Position numbers and translations under genes: made by a program
Notes under the pieces: generated by a model
What the model saw: the letters and a program-made list of their open reading frames with translations, nothing else
The model's database searches: none
Told to the model about the DNA's origin: nothing
DNA from: Steroidobacteraceae bacterium
Lineage (GTDB): Bacteria; Pseudomonadota; Gammaproteobacteria; Steroidobacterales; Steroidobacteraceae
Direction: 5' to 3'
Length of the DNA stretch: 57,132 nt
Assembly (NCBI GenBank): GCA_036497085.1
Contig: DASXKA010000187.1
Location: 1 to 57,132 of the forward strand
In this document: in pieces, positions 24,126 to 32,776 of the stretch
Layout: the number at the start of each line of letters is the position of its first letter
Numbering within the stretch: position 1 is the stretch's first letter

Positions 24126-26936
24126 GTGGACACAGCAAAAGCAACAGCACGAGACAAACCCGTCGAGACGGCGCCCCGCTCGGTCAACCGGCTGTTTATC
24201 GGGCTGGTCGTCTACTGCGCCGTGGGTGCCGTGTTGATGCTCACCGGCTTCGGCGGCCCGACTATCGCGCACTACATTGCGCTGACCTGCTCGTTGCCCG
24301 CCTCGCTGACCGCCGTCATCATCTGTGCGATCACGGCGCGTCACGCACCCGCCGGCGACCTGCGCCGCGCCTGGATCTCGCTCAGCTGCGCGCTCTTGCT
24401 CTATTTCGTCGGCGAATGCATCGGCGCCACCTCGTGGCTGTGCGGTTTCGGCGACCCCTTCCCGGGTCCGGCAGACTTCTGCTACGTGGGGTTCTACCTG
24501 GCGCTGTCGGCCGCGGCGATCTTCCTGATCCGCGCGGCGGCGGTACGCGTGCCCTGGATCCAGCTCTCCATGGACGCGACCATCTTCGCGGTGGGCTTCG
24601 GCGCCTTCTTCTGGTTCCTGGTGCTGCATCCGGCCGGGCAGCAGCACCAGGCCTCGGTGCTCAAGGAGGTGCTGAGCCAGGCCTACCTCACCCTCGACTG
24701 TGTGCTGCTGCTGATGCTCGGCGTGCTGCTGCTCACCGGCTCGGGGAACCTCGGCGGGCAGCGCGTACCGCTGCTGCTGCTCACGGGCTTCGCCACCATG
24801 TTTGCCGGCGACATCGTCTGGTCGCTCGCCAAGATCCGCGGCTACTACCTGCCGGGTGACAGCTCCGAGATCATGTACCTCATCTGCTACGTGCCGCTCG
24901 CCGCCGCCGCGCGTGCGCAGCTCAAGTGGATAAGGGCGCCGTCGCCGGCGACTTCGGCCAGGGTCGACGCGCTGGCGCGCGGGCTGCCCTATGCGGCAAT
25001 GCTGGCCGCGTTCCTCATGCTGGTCTACCTGAGCGGCGGCGAGGCGAGCGGGCCGGCGAGCATGATGATCATGGTGGTGTTCGCGTTGACGCTGCTTCTC
25101 ATGGTGCGGCAGAGCGTCGTGCTCAGGGGCGATGCGCTGGTGCGCGAGCGGCGCGCCGCGCGCATGGTGGAGGACCGCTACGCCTCGCTCATCGCCAATG
25201 CCTCGGACGTCATCATGATCGTGGACGAGGACGGGGCGCTGCGCTTCGCGTCGCCGGCGTCCGAGCGCACGCTCGGGCTTACTCCCGCGGCAATCACCGG
25301 CAAGAGGCTGCCGGAACTGTGGGCGGGCGAAGACGGGGAGAAGCTGCGCGCGTTTCTCGCCGAGGTAGCCGCGACGCCCGCGGGCACGGTCGGGCCGGTG
25401 GAGCTGCGGTTCGAGCGCGGCGCGCAGCGCTATGTCGTCGAGACCGTCGGCAGCAACCTGATGCAGGACCCGGCGGTGCAGGGCCTGGCGCTCAACTTCC
25501 GCGACATCAGTGAGCGCAAGGCGCTCGAGGAGCAGCTGCGGCAGCTCGCCTTCCACGACCCGCTCACCATGCTCGCCAACCGTAACCTGTTTCGCGACCG
25601 GGTGCAGCACGCGCTCACCCTCGCACAGCGCGGCCCCAACTGCCTGGCGGTCATGTTTCTCGACCTCGACAACTTCAAGAACATCAACGACTCTCTCGGA
25701 CACGACGCCGGCGACCGGCTGCTGCAGGCAGTGGCGCACCGGGTCATGCAGGCCACCCGCTCCTCCGACACCGTGGCGCGCCTCGGCGGCGATGAGTTTG
25801 CGGTGCTGATGGAGGGGGTCGAGCGCTCGAGCGAGGTGGGATGCGTCGCCGATGCGCTGATCGCCACTCTCAACGTGCCGTTCCAGCTGGACGGCCGCGA
25901 AGTGCGCGTCGGGGCGAGCGTTGGCGTGGCGATTTCCGCCGCAGAGGCGGGCGCGGAGGCGCTGCTCAGCAATGCCGACATCGCCATGTACCACGCCAAG
26001 GCTGCCGGTAAGAACCGCCACGTCACCTTCCAGCCGCAGATGCAGGCGGTGCTGCACGAGCGGCTGCGGCTCGAGGCGGACATCTCGCGCGCGCTCGCCA
26101 ACCAGGAATTCTTTCTCGAGTATCAGCCGATCGTGGACCTCGGCACCAGGAGCCTGCTCGGTGTCGAGGCGCTGGTGCGCTGGCGCCATCCCGAGGCCGG
26201 CGTCCTGTTGCCGGGGCGCTTCATCCAGGTGGTCGAGGAATCGGGTCAGATCGTCAAGCTCGGCTGCTGGGTCCTGAAGCAGGCCTGTCGCGACCTGTGC
26301 GCGTGGCGTCGGTCGGTCGCGGGCGGCACGGGACTGCGGCTCGCGGTGAACATCTCCGCCCGCCACATGCAGCACGGCGACCTGGTGCACGATGTGGCAC
26401 AGGCGCTCGCCGAGTCCGGGCTCGAGCCGGGCAACCTCGTGATCGAGCTCACCGAGAGCACGATCATGTACAACACCGATGCGAACCTCGAGCGGTTCCA
26501 CAGCCTCAAGGCGCTCGGTGTGCGGCTTGCCATCGACGACTTCGGCACGGGCTATTCCTCGCTCTCCTACCTGCACCGCTTCCCGATCGACATCCTGAAG
26601 ATCGACCGTTCCTTCGTCGGCAGCCTCACGAACAGCGACAACGGGCCGGAGCTCGCACGCGCGGTCATCACGCTCGGCGAGACGCTCGGGCTGGAGACGG
26701 TGGCCGAGGGCGTCGAGTACGAGCCGCAGGTCGCCGCGCTCCTCGCGCTCGGTTGCGTGGCCGGGCAGGGGTTCCTGTTCGCCAAGTCGAGCTCGCTCGA
26801 GCAGCTCTCGAAGAGCCCGTTCGTCGCCCGGCGCAACGCGCTGTGGAACGCGCAGGCCCGTACCGAGGAGCTCTCTCCGACCGGGCGCTTCAAGGCCCTG
26901 AAGTCGGTCCCCGGACGCAGCGCCGGCACGGGCTGA
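24126..26936 (+). CDS. integral-membrane sensor, PAS-GGDEF-EAL c-di-GMP enzyme
   Basis: GTG start. The ~330-aa N-terminal region has ~9-10 hydrophobic helices. PAS (ASDVIMIVDEDGALRFASPASERTLG). I-site RSSD plus GGDEF. EAL blocks EALVRW, ELTES, DDFGTGYSS, KIDRSF. Confidence 0.9.
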   Translation: MDTAKATARDKPVETAPRSVNRLFIGLVVYCAVGAVLMLTGFGGPTIAHYIALTCSLPASLTAVIICAITARHAPAGDLRRAWISLSCALLLYFVGECIGATSWLCGFGDPFPGPADFCYVGFYLALSAAAIFLIRAAAVRVPWIQLSMDATIFAVGFGAFFWFLVLHPAGQQHQASVLKEVLSQAYLTLDCVLLLMLGVLLLTGSGNLGGQRVPLLLLTGFATMFAGDIVWSLAKIRGYYLPGDSSEIMYLICYVPLAAAARAQLKWIRAPSPATSARVDALARGLPYAAMLAAFLMLVYLSGGEASGPASMMIMVVFALTLLLMVRQSVVLRGDALVRERRAARMVEDRYASLIANASDVIMIVDEDGALRFASPASERTLGLTPAAITGKRLPELWAGEDGEKLRAFLAEVAATPAGTVGPVELRFERGAQRYVVETVGSNLMQDPAVQGLALNFRDISERKALEEQLRQLAFHDPLTMLANRNLFRDRVQHALTLAQRGPNCLAVMFLDLDNFKNINDSLGHDAGDRLLQAVAHRVMQATRSSDTVARLGGDEFAVLMEGVERSSEVGCVADALIATLNVPFQLDGREVRVGASVGVAISAAEAGAEALLSNADIAMYHAKAAGKNRHVTFQPQMQAVLHERLRLEADISRALANQEFFLEYQPIVDLGTRSLLGVEALVRWRHPEAGVLLPGRFIQVVEESGQIVKLGCWVLKQACRDLCAWRRSVAGGTGLRLAVNISARHMQHGDLVHDVAQALAESGLEPGNLVIELTESTIMYNTDANLERFHSLKALGVRLAIDDFGTGYSSLSYLHRFPIDILKIDRSFVGSLTNSDNGPELARAVITLGETLGLETVAEGVEYEPQVAALLALGCVAGQGFLFAKSSSLEQLSKSPFVARRNALWNAQARTEELSPTGRFKALKSVPGRSAGTG

Positions 26937-27036
26937 CGCCGCGGCGGCGGCGGCCCGCCAGCTCTCGCCCGGCTCCCCGGGGAGTGGACACGTCGGGGCG
27001 CCGGCGGTAGCTTCTTCTGCCGCCAGGAGGGTCCCC

Positions 27037-27717
27037 ATGCGACGCTACATTCCGCTTGCCGCCCTGCTCACGCTCACGGGCTGCTACAACATGCCGGGAG
27101 GCGACGTCACCGCGGATGGCAGCGGGGCGAACACGGTCAACGGCTCGATCCACGTGCCCGCCGGCACCCATAGCGGCGCCGTGGGCACGGTCAACGGCTC
27201 GATCCGCATCGACGACGATGCGACGGTCGCCAGCGCGGGCACCGTAAACGGCTCGGTCACGCTCGGCGCGCACGCCACTGCCGACACGGTCGGCACGGTC
27301 AACGGCTCGATCAGCCTCGGCGAGGGAGCGCATGTTACCCGCGATGTGACCACGGTGAACGGCTCGATGACCCTGAAGAGCGGTGCCGATGTCGGCGGCC
27401 CGCTGTCGAACGTGAACGGCCGTATCGCGTTGAACGATGCCCACGTCGCCGGCGGACTGCACACCGTGGACGGCGACATCGATGTCGGCGGCGACTCGCA
27501 CGTCGAGGGCGGCATCCTGGTCAAGCACGGCGGGGGCGGGTGGTTCAACTTCAGCACCCACAAGCCGCGCATCGTGATCGGCCCGGGCGCGGTGGTGCAG
27601 GGCGATCTGCGCTTCGAGCGCGCGGTCGAGCTCTACGTGAGCGAGTCGGCGACCACGGGCCCGATCACGGGCGCGACCGCCATCCGCTTCTCGGGCACGA
27701 GCCCTCCGCAGGGCTGA
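27037..27717 (+). CDS. lipoprotein built from ~7 x 18-19-aa TVNGSI repeats (beta-helix / bactofilin-like repeat architecture)
   Basis: GGAGGG RBS. Lipobox LLTLTGC. Repeats TVNGSIHVPAGTHSGAVG / TVNGSIRIDDDATVASAG / TVNGSVTLGAHATADTVG / TVNGSISLGEGAHVTRDVT / TVNGSMTLKSGADVGGPLS / NVNGRIALNDAHVAGGLH / TVDGDIDVGG... Confidence 0.8.
   Translation: MRRYIPLAALLTLTGCYNMPGGDVTADGSGANTVNGSIHVPAGTHSGAVGTVNGSIRIDDDATVASAGTVNGSVTLGAHATADTVGTVNGSISLGEGAHVTRDVTTVNGSMTLKSGADVGGPLSNVNGRIALNDAHVAGGLHTVDGDIDVGGDSHVEGGILVKHGGGGWFNFSTHKPRIVIGPGAVVQGDLRFERAVELYVSESATTGPITGATAIRFSGTSPPQG
27133..27426 (+). repeat. intragenic tandem repeat, 54-57-nt period, near-identical 18-nt cores ACGGTCAACGGCTCGATC
   Basis: Cores read at 27133, 27187 and 27295 (identical), and at 27241, 27352 and 27409 (variants). 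All are in frame inside the lipoprotein gene. Confidence 0.85.
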
Positions 27718-27727
27718 GAGGCTCCGG

Positions 27728-28378
27728 TCAGCGGACCGCGGGCTTGGCGCGCAGCAGCGCGAGCGGATTCGGCCCGGGCTCGGCGACCCTCACCAGAGTA
27801 TTGCGGTCGCGGTGCATGAAGGGCTCCTCGCGCCCGTGCACCTTGAGCACGGTGTCGAGCACGTAGCTCCAGCTGCCGTCCGGGTTGAAGACGACCTCGA
27901 TCCGATAGGATTCAGTGCGGAACGCATATTCGAGGAACGCGGTGGAGCAGATGCCGTACTCGGTCTGGCCGCGCTGCGCCGTAAGCACGAGCTCGGTGGC
28001 ATCCGCTGCCGCGTGCCCGGCGGCGATCGCCACCTGGCCGCGGGGGATGCTGAGTGTCTGCATCACCAGCCCCGTGGCGGGCTCCCACAGCCAGTAGCCG
28101 GTCTGATCGTGGAAGGTAGCGTCCTCATCGGACGCGAGGATGCGAGTGTGATAGCGCAGGCCGTAGAAGAGCTGCGGACCATTCGACTGGGCGTCGATCG
28201 GTTGCAGGTCGATGCGCTCGCTGTACTCGCGGCGCTGCGGCCCCTCGGGCTTCGGATTGATGTCGATGCCCGCACGGCTCTCCCAGGTGCCCGCCAGGCG
28301 GCGCAGCGGTCCGAGGTTAGCGAGGGTGTCGGGGCTCGCTTCCTGTTCGGTGAATACGTCTTCGGGAAAGGTGCTCAT
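27728..28378 (-). CDS. nitrobindin-like haem-binding beta-barrel (DUF1794/THAP4-type) protein
   Basis: LGPLRRLAGTWES..GIDINP, YGLRYHT, DQTGYWLWEP blocks. 216 aa. Confidence 0.65.
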   Translation of the reverse strand: MSTFPEDVFTEQEASPDTLANLGPLRRLAGTWESRAGIDINPKPEGPQRREYSERIDLQPIDAQSNGPQLFYGLRYHTRILASDEDATFHDQTGYWLWEPATGLVMQTLSIPRGQVAIAAGHAAADATELVLTAQRGQTEYGICSTAFLEYAFRTESYRIEVVFNPDGSWSYVLDTVLKVHGREEPFMHRDRNTLVRVAEPGPNPLALLRAKPAVR

Positions 28379-28473
28379 GCGGAGGCTCCTCAGGCTCAGC
28401 GGCAGTCTACGCGATGTCGAAGGAGCGTAGACTCCGCCCTAACAGGCGGCAGTGCGCCGGAAAGGGGAGAGCA

Positions 28474-28866
28474 ATGAGCCCGGAACTTAAATATCTGGCG
28501 CTGGTGAGCGTGCTGACGGCCGTGCTGTGGGTACCCTACATTCTCAACGAAGTCATGGTGCGCGGTCTCATGGACGCGGTCGCGTATCCCGAGAATCCCA
28601 GGCCGCTCGCGCGCTGGGCGCAGCGCCTGAAGTCCGCGCACTACAACGCCGTCGAGAATCTGGTGGTATTTGCCGCGCTCGTGCTGGTCGCGGCCGTGGC
28701 GGGCATCCACGATCCTGCGATCGCGACCGCCGCCGCGATCTATTTCTGGGCACGCGTGGTGCACGCGGTGGTCTACACGCTCGCCATACCCTGGCTGCGA
28801 ACGCTCTCCTTCGTGGTCGGTTTCGCGATGCAGATCTGGATCGCGTGTGTGATCTTCCGGCATTAG
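28474..28866 (+). CDS. MAPEG-family membrane protein
   Basis: ORF 28414..28866 trimmed to ATG 28474 (AAGGGGAGA RBS). 130 aa, 3-4 TM. HYNAVENLVVFAALVLV and RVVHAVVY blocks. Confidence 0.7.
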   Translation: MSPELKYLALVSVLTAVLWVPYILNEVMVRGLMDAVAYPENPRPLARWAQRLKSAHYNAVENLVVFAALVLVAAVAGIHDPAIATAAAIYFWARVVHAVVYTLAIPWLRTLSFVVGFAMQIWIACVIFRH

Positions 28867-30104
28867 TCGCGAGCTGCGGGCCACTCGAGCGGGGCGACTC
28901 TCGGGATCATCAACACCCAGCCTACCACCCCAAGAACGCTGACGACCGCGGCGACGAGGAAGGCCGAGGTGAAGTGATTGCTCGCCGCGACCAGAAACCC
29001 GGTGAGCGCCGGGGCGATGACGCCGGCGAAATTCCCGAGGCCGTTCTGGATCCCGACCCAACGGCCGGTGGCGCGCGGCCCTGCCAGGATCTGCGGTATT
29101 CCGAACACCCCGGGTGAGTTGGCGCCATCGAGGATCTGGTACGCGAAGATCGCCGCAAGGGCCCACGAGGCCGGCGCCAGGGCGATGCACACCATGCACA
29201 CCACGAAGCCGACGTGGGTGGCCCCCATGACCACCTTGTAGACGAGATTGGCACGCCCCGCGCGTGCGACCATGCGGTCGATGAGCCAGCCCGCGACGAG
29301 TGCGCTGACGGCGTGCACGAGGTAGGCGAGGGCGGTGAACCCCGCCATCTTCTCGGTCGAGAAGCCGTGCTCACGCACCACGTAGAAGGGCAGCCAGGTC
29401 AGCGTGAAATAAAAGGCATAGTTGACCGAGAAGAGCCCGAGGCTCGTCCCCCAGAGCTCGGGCCGGCGCAGCAGCGCGCGCAGGGGAGGATCGGCGCCCC
29501 CGCTCACCGTGACCGGCGGCGGTGGTAATCGCACCCGCGACCAGGGCAGGAGCCAAAGCAGCGACAGGGCTCCGAACACCCAGAAGGCGCTGCGCCAGCC
29601 GTAGCTCGCCATAAGCATGCCGCCGACCAGCGTGCCTACCGCGGGTCCCGAGAGGTAGCCGAACGCGACGATGCCGTTGGCGTGCCCGATGCTCTTTACC
29701 GGCACGACCGTCGCCAGCACCTTTGATACGGAGGGAAAGCCGACGCTCTCGCCGATACCGAGCAGCAGCCGCAGCGCGAGCAGCGCGGCGAAGGAGTGCG
29801 CGACCCCGACCAGCATCGTGGCGCAGGCCCACACCGCGAGCCCCGCGCCGAGGAGGCGCGGCGCGCCGAAGCGCTCGACGAGCCATCCAACCGGGAACTG
29901 CAGGAGCGTGTACAGCCACCAGAACGCCGACATCAGCAGGCCGAGTTGCTGCGGCGATAGGCGGAGGTCGTCCTGAATCAGGTGCGCGGCCGTCGGCAGC
30001 GCGCCGCGATCGATGTAGTTGATGAAGAGCGCCGTGGCGACCAGTCCGACGATCGTCCAGCGCTCGCGGGCGCCGAGATCGGCGGCTGTCCCGCTCTCGG
30101 TCAA
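28863..30104 (-). CDS. MFS transporter (anion:cation symporter/ACS-like)
   Basis: ORF 28863..30194 trimmed to the in-frame TTG 30104 that overlaps the aldolase stop (TTGA). FINYIDRGALPTAA...LSPQQLGLLMSAFWWLYTLLQFPVGWLVERFG. 12 TM. Confidence 0.8.
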   Translation of the reverse strand: MTESGTAADLGARERWTIVGLVATALFINYIDRGALPTAAHLIQDDLRLSPQQLGLLMSAFWWLYTLLQFPVGWLVERFGAPRLLGAGLAVWACATMLVGVAHSFAALLALRLLLGIGESVGFPSVSKVLATVVPVKSIGHANGIVAFGYLSGPAVGTLVGGMLMASYGWRSAFWVFGALSLLWLLPWSRVRLPPPPVTVSGGADPPLRALLRRPELWGTSLGLFSVNYAFYFTLTWLPFYVVREHGFSTEKMAGFTALAYLVHAVSALVAGWLIDRMVARAGRANLVYKVVMGATHVGFVVCMVCIALAPASWALAAIFAYQILDGANSPGVFGIPQILAGPRATGRWVGIQNGLGNFAGVIAPALTGFLVAASNHFTSAFLVAAVVSVLGVVGWVLMIPRVAPLEWPAARD

Positions 30105-30871
30105 TCCGCGTAGTCCGCGAGCTGACGATCCAGCATGCGTCTGAGCGCCTCGAAGTGCAGTTGCGCGCGATCCTGGCCGCCGACGCTGCCGCAATGACTG
30201 AACTGCTCGAGCGTCGCACGCACCACGGGTTCCGGGAGAACGTGCAAGCCTCGCCCGGTCGCGAGCGCCAGGACCTGGACGTGGCAGGCGCGCTCGAGGA
30301 AGTACAGCCGCTCGAACGCCTGGGCCGCCGAGTCTCCGGTCACGAGCACGCCGTGGTTGCGCAGCAGCGCCACCGACTTGCCGCCGAGTGCGCGCGCCAG
30401 ACGCTCGCCTTCGGCAAAGTCGAGCGCGAGGCCGTTATAGTCGACGTAGGCGATGTCGCCGTGGAAGCCGATGGCGCTCTGCGACGCCGTCTCGAGACGC
30501 CCGTCGGCGAGCATGCCAAGCGCGGTCGCATAGGGCATGTGCGTGTGCAGTACGCAGCGCGGCTGCGGTGCGAGCCGGTGAGTCGACGCGTGGATATAGA
30601 GCGCGGTGTCCTCGACCAGCCCGCGGCCGGCGAGGAGCTTGCCGGTGAAGTCGACCTCGAGCAGGTGGCTCGCCTTCACTTCCGCCCACAGCAGCCCGAA
30701 GGGCGCGAGATAGAAGCGGTCGGTAAAGCCCGGCACGAGCATCGTCATGTGGTTGTCGATGCCCTCGTTGTAGCCGAAGTGCGCCGCGAGGCGGTGACAG
30801 GCCGCGAGGTCGATGCGCGCCCGGCGCTGGGCCTCGCTTTGCCTCGAAGAGAGTTGCGGTGAGGCGCTCAT
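30101..30871 (-). CDS. class II aldolase/adducin-domain protein
   Basis: ORF 30101..30904 trimmed to ATG 30871 (ATGA overlap with the upstream stop). HTHMPY, LLRNHGVLVTG and metal-His blocks. Confidence 0.8.
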   Translation of the reverse strand: MSASPQLSSRQSEAQRRARIDLAACHRLAAHFGYNEGIDNHMTMLVPGFTDRFYLAPFGLLWAEVKASHLLEVDFTGKLLAGRGLVEDTALYIHASTHRLAPQPRCVLHTHMPYATALGMLADGRLETASQSAIGFHGDIAYVDYNGLALDFAEGERLARALGGKSVALLRNHGVLVTGDSAAQAFERLYFLERACHVQVLALATGRGLHVLPEPVVRATLEQFSHCGSVGGQDRAQLHFEALRRMLDRQLADYAD

Positions 30872-31554
30872 TTCATCTCGAACTTTATCGCAAGCTGCGC
30901 GCACCCGGTTGCCGCAGTCGCGCCGGCGGGCCGGTAGTAGGCCGCCCCCGCGCGGGCGATCCTGAGCGCGGCCTCATCGAGGCCGGCGTCGCCCGACGAG
31001 CGGGTGATGACCGGGTCCTGGGTGAGCTTGCCGGACTCGTCGGCGCACACACGCACCTCGGCGCCACCCGATGCGGCGTGCGGCCCTGACGACCCCGAAG
31101 CAGCCGCGCCGCCCGCACCCGGAGTCGCGGCGGCGGCGGGCGGTATACCCGAGGCGGGCGGACCCTGCGCGAGGTGTTCGCGGCCCCACTTCCAGGCGAT
31201 CTCCTGCCAGGACGCCATCGCCGATCCCTCGCCGGCGCGCACCGCCGGGAGGTAGCGCAACTGCATGACACAGCTCAAGGCCGCGGCGTCCAGGCTTTCG
31301 GAGCCGGAGGACGACTTGATCGAGGGCTGCGAAGGTACGCCGCTCGGACCGACCACCAGGACGATCAGCGCTGCCGAAGGCTCCTGGACGTCCGACTGGA
31401 TCAGACCCGGACAGCGTCCCTTGGGCTCGTAGCCGACCGCCACATTGGCCTCGCGCAACTCAGCCCCCGCCGGGGGACCGGCCCGGGCCGCAGCCGCGAG
31501 GCCAGCGAGGAGGAACGCCGCACAGGCGAGGGATGCAGACCGCCGCATATCCAT
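30868..31554 (-). CDS. exported protein with two TonB-C-terminal-like domains, no TM anchor or Pro-rich spacer
   Basis: Signal peptide MDMRRSASLACAAFLLAGLAAAARA. Two copies of the SSG..(S/A)LD.AAL....Y.PA pattern (KSSSGSESLDAAALSCVMQLRYLPA and TRSSGDAGLDEAALRIARAGAAYYRPA), separated by a Gly/Ala/Pro linker. Confidence 0.6.
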   Translation of the reverse strand: MDMRRSASLACAAFLLAGLAAAARAGPPAGAELREANVAVGYEPKGRCPGLIQSDVQEPSAALIVLVVGPSGVPSQPSIKSSSGSESLDAAALSCVMQLRYLPAVRAGEGSAMASWQEIAWKWGREHLAQGPPASGIPPAAAATPGAGGAAASGSSGPHAASGGAEVRVCADESGKLTQDPVITRSSGDAGLDEAALRIARAGAAYYRPAGATAATGCAQLAIKFEMK

Positions 31555-31590
31555 CGAGTGACCCCTTTGGCTCCCATTCTAACGTGCCGG

Positions 31591-32577
31591 CTAGGGGCCA
31601 GCCGGCCCGCACCCCGGGGTCTCGCAGTCACCCTCCTCCTCGATCTGCACGGTGGTGTGCTCGACCCGCAGACGCTGCTCGAGGCGCGTATGGATGGCGG
31701 CAACTACCTCGCCATGCCGGATGCCGGTCCTGAGGTTGGCATGGAGCGTGACCGTGGGGCGCTCGCCAGTCATCGACCACACGTGCACATGGTGCACGCC
31801 GATGAGGCCGGGTACGTGCCCGATCAGCTCCGACTCGATGGCTTGCTCATCGCAGCCGCTCGGGGCCCCCTCGAGCAGCACGTGGGCCGACTCGCGCGTG
31901 AGCCCCCAGGCAGAGCGGAGGATGAGCGCCGAAACGACCAGCGAGAGCAGCGGATCGGCGAGGCTCCAGCCGCGCGCGATGATCATGAGCGCCGCGATGC
32001 TCGCGGCCACGGAGCCCAGCAGATCACTCAGCACATGCGCCCGCGCACCACGCTCGTTGAGGGAGCGCGCACCGGCGAGCGCAAAAAAAGCGGCAAGGTT
32101 GGCCGCGCCTCCGATGAGGGCGATTTCGAGCATGAGGCGGCCGTCGACCCTGGGAAGCGCCACGATGCGCACCGCCGCCTCGTATACGACCCACGCCGTG
32201 AGCAGCAGCAGCACCTGGCCGTTCACGAAGGCGGCGAGCGGCTGGTAGCGGCGGTGGCCGTAGGTACGGCGCATGCTGGGCGCACGCCGCCCGACCCGGA
32301 TCGCGACGATCGCGAGCAGCAGCGAAGCCGAGTCGGCCAGCATGTGCGCCGCCTCGGCGAGCAACGCGATCGAGTTGGCGAAGTATCCGCCCAGCGCCTC
32401 GACCAGTGTGAAGCTGCCGAGGATGAGCAACGCGATGGTGAGCCGGCGCTCGCCGGCCTCGGTGCCGTGCGGGTGGCCTGCGTGCCCGTGGCGGTGATCG
32501 TGGCCGGGATGGTCCTGATGCGTGCGCCGGCCTGCGGCCGGGTGCGCGTGCTCGTGATGGTGGAGTGGGTCGCTCAT
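31591..32577 (-). CDS. cation diffusion facilitator (CzcD/ZitB-like) metal efflux transporter
   Basis: His-rich N-terminus HHHEHAHP...HDHRHGHAGHPHG. TM2 HMLADS and TM5 HVLSDLLGS metal-site motifs. C-terminal cytoplasmic domain ending CETPGC. Confidence 0.85.
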   Translation of the reverse strand: MSDPLHHHEHAHPAAGRRTHQDHPGHDHRHGHAGHPHGTEAGERRLTIALLILGSFTLVEALGGYFANSIALLAEAAHMLADSASLLLAIVAIRVGRRAPSMRRTYGHRRYQPLAAFVNGQVLLLLTAWVVYEAAVRIVALPRVDGRLMLEIALIGGAANLAAFFALAGARSLNERGARAHVLSDLLGSVAASIAALMIIARGWSLADPLLSLVVSALILRSAWGLTRESAHVLLEGAPSGCDEQAIESELIGHVPGLIGVHHVHVWSMTGERPTVTLHANLRTGIRHGEVVAAIHTRLEQRLRVEHTTVQIEEEGDCETPGCGPAGP

Positions 32578-32776
32578 GCTGCCGGAGGCTCGCCCGTGGT
32601 GCCTGCCACGATACGACGGCAGGTGGGCGCGGGCAAGTGGTCAGCCGCACAGATACGGTTGGGGGGTATGGTATACAGGGCGCGGGCGGCAACCCGCGAG
32701 ACGCCGCCGGCGGACCGGGCCCCGGACCGCCGGCCGCGGGGTGCCGCCCGCGGGCTTTGCGGCTATTCTTGGCGGC

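Noticed and set aside
24003-27038. 1011-aa ORF antisense to the PAS-GGDEF-EAL gene. Similar very long antisense or off-frame ORFs occur at 6244-7803(-), 8570-10774(-), 32024-33661(-), 31174-32964(+), 44712-46379(+), 49079-50875(+), 19936-21333(-) and 51770-53071(-).
   Set aside because: Their composition is Arg/Gly/Pro/Ala-rich with no recognisable motifs. Each lies opposite or out of frame to a gene with clear family signatures. Long stop-free shadow frames are expected at ~70 % GC.
27133-27426. Regularly spaced near-identical 18-nt repeats that could superficially resemble a CRISPR-like array.
   Set aside because: The period is 54-57 nt, in frame inside a lipoprotein gene, and encodes an 18-aa protein repeat. 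The 'spacers' are also related to each other, and there are no cas genes.
32576-32776. N-terminal extensions in the ORF track. Examples: iolC from 32576, GlcG from 22327, the dehydrogenase from 23060, the REC-GGDEF-EAL from 19663, sorB from 2534, and the FtsX genes from 53834 and 55063.
   Set aside because: The extensions are junk-composition read-through from the previous stop and often overlap the neighbouring gene. Internal starts give canonical N-termini, signal peptides or 4-nt coupling overlaps.
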